Shown: positions 62,703-64,000 of the stretch, in pieces | Layout: each line of letters opens with the position of its first letter | How positions within the stretch are numbered: position 1 is the stretch's first letter | Assembly (NCBI GenBank): GCA_965198005.1 | Contig: CBDAOI010000003.1 | Location: forward strand, 960,001-1,024,000 | Origin: Spirochaetia bacterium | GTDB taxonomy: Bacteria > Spirochaetota > Spirochaetia > SZUA-6 > Bin103 | Length of the DNA: 64,000 nucleotides | Reading direction: 5' to 3' | Translations under genes and position numbers: made by a program | The notes under the pieces: generated by a model | The model's input: the letters and a program-made list of their open reading frames with translations, nothing else | Databases searched by the model: none | Told to the model about the DNA's origin: nothing

Positions 62703-62732
62703 AATGTACGCGGCCGCCCAAATCCGTGTCAA
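62703..62732 (-). promoter_or_regulatory. candidate sigma70 promoter
   Basis: TTGACA-N18-TACATT, about 350 nt upstream of the ATG at 62349. Confidence 0.55.
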
Positions 62733-62874
62733 GCGCGACCCAACGCGCTCGTCACGCTACGTCACCGCCAACCGACCACTGCGCTGACTGTCATCATGCC
62801 GCTTCATCCTCATCCGTCGAACCTCAGGCAAGGCAAGCCCGCTATAGGCGCGGCCACCCTGTCAACGACTCGGA

Positions 62875-63125
62875 GGTCAGCGAACGCCAGAGGGCTTACG
62901 CACCGCGTAGGGGCGCTGCGCACGCATGCGACGGGTTACCTTCCGTCCGCGGGGCGCTTCTTTGAGCCTACCGGTCTGCTTGAGGTGCCGCAGGATGCGT
63001 CCGACGGTGGAGGTCGAGGTGCTGTGCCCCTCCTGGCGCACCAGCCACGCCAGCTTGTCCTTGCCCCAGCGTGGGTACTGCCGGCGCAGCTGCAGGACCG
63101 CTTCCACCAGTTGGGCTGACCAAGC
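62875..63125 (-). mobile_element. IS481-like transposase fragment
   Basis: VLQLRRQYPRWGKDKL..STSTVGRILRHL..RPYAVRKP. Confidence 0.65.
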
Positions 63126-63166
63126 GGGCCTGCACACCCGGTTCGGCCGCGAGGAGCGATCCCCCC

Positions 63167-63340
63167 TTGTCCCGAATTCAAGAGGACCCGAGAATCGATC
63201 CGCGCATGAAGCAGGTCTTCGGCGCCTTCCCCGCGCCGGTGAATCCGGGCGATGCAACGAGCCGGGAGCAGCTTGTCGAGGAGGCCAACTCCGAGGAAGC
63301 CGCCGCGATGCGTCAACGGTGGGATGCCTTCCTGGAGCGG
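63167..63340 (+). pseudogene. N-terminal fragment of probable esterase/lipase
   Basis: SRIQEDPRIDPRMKQVFG..SREQLVEEANS resembles an HSL-esterase cap region. Confidence 0.4.
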
Positions 63341-63402
63341 ACAATATCCACAAGCAATCTCACCCCTCCCCCGGACCCCCTCCCCATTTACCGCCGCCTC
63401 CG

Positions 63403-64000
63403 TTACACTCCTTCTGCACTGCTTGGGTGGGTCAAAAACCGACCGGCGTTTTGGCTCACTTTCCGACCGGCGCGCGCAGCCGGGTTTGTTGTGACCACCT
63501 CGACCCAACCGATCAGCTTAGCGGAATAGCCGCCGTTCTCGGGGACGAGGCCGCGGTGGCTCAGTTCACGCTGGATCATAGGCTCGATGGTGCCATGCAG
63601 GAGTTCGCGGCGATGTTCCAGGGAGAGGATAGCCGGGCCGGGGTGCCGGATCAGCAGCTCGATGCCCAGACGCTCCAGCTTCGGGACACGTCTGCCTTCC
63701 GCTGTGACGGCAAGCGACTGCACGAAGGAGCGCTGCTCTCCGTCCTTGCCCTCGGCGCGGATCAGCCACCAGGAGGCGACTGCCGGACCTTCGTCGCCAG
63801 CCACCGCGACCCCGAGCATTTCTGCATCAAGGGCCTGCCAGCGCTGCAGCGCTGCGGACATGAGCGGATGGTCGAGTCCCATGAGCTCGATCCCCTCTTG
63901 TTCGCGAGAAAGTTCCCGGTCGGTAGTGAAGCGGAGCTCCGAGTTCTCAGCCTCGGGCAGGATGGTGAAGACCCTTTCATCGAGCCGCTTCACCCGGCGG
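63403..64000 (-). CDS. C-terminal part of probable SNF2/RapA-like helicase (runs off window)
   Basis: FTTDRE..LMGLDHPLM motif typical of the region after helicase-C in such proteins. Confidence 0.5.
   Translation of the reverse strand, partial: RRVKRLDERVFTILPEAENSELRFTTDRELSREQEGIELMGLDHPLMSAALQRWQALDAEMLGVAVAGDEGPAVASWWLIRAEGKDGEQRSFVQSLAVTAEGRRVPKLERLGIELLIRHPGPAILSLEHRRELLHGTIEPMIQRELSHRGLVPENGGYSAKLIGWVEVVTTNPAARAGRKVSQNAGRFLTHPSSAEGV

Overview
High-GC accessory/defence region that reads as a patchwork of intact genes, internally deleted genes and short (70-300 bp) gene fragments. The N-terminal 'GLWAGG' signal peptide on a solute-binding protein resembles spirochaete exported proteins; the host assignment is inference only. 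Recognisable content: (1) a KGGVGR-type ParA/MinD-like ATPase plus P-loop ATPase pair; (2) a small HGYP-motif gene, an ImmA/IrrE-like pseudo-peptidase gene split in frame by an intact group II intron, and a truncated DrmA-like helicase; (3) a second, degenerate group II intron; (4) three sizeable and several fragmentary copies of a family-5 (Dpp/Opp) ABC transporter operon, none with ATPase genes; (5) a Type I R-M locus (hsdM, ABC-ATPase/TOPRIM gene, frameshifted hsdS, DUF433/DUF5615 TA pair, hsdR) next to probable remnants of a second Type I locus; (6) many TA genes; (7) a DRB0094-type RNA ligase, a Fic remnant, and IS1595 and IS481 remnants; (8) an acyl-CoA catabolic cluster; (9) a permease/FG-GAP/ASPIC-UnbV fusion. 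The best candidates for undescribed biology are the tandem Zn-binding domain plus Zn-domain/Rpn-like fusion (25022-26487), the HGYP/pseudo-ImmA module whose expression would need splicing of an intron with atypical ends (3779-7408), and the ATPase-TOPRIM gene embedded in the R-M operon. No CRISPR array, rRNA or tRNA was seen. All family calls are by-eye motif recognition and were not checked by database search. Assembly chimerism cannot be excluded.
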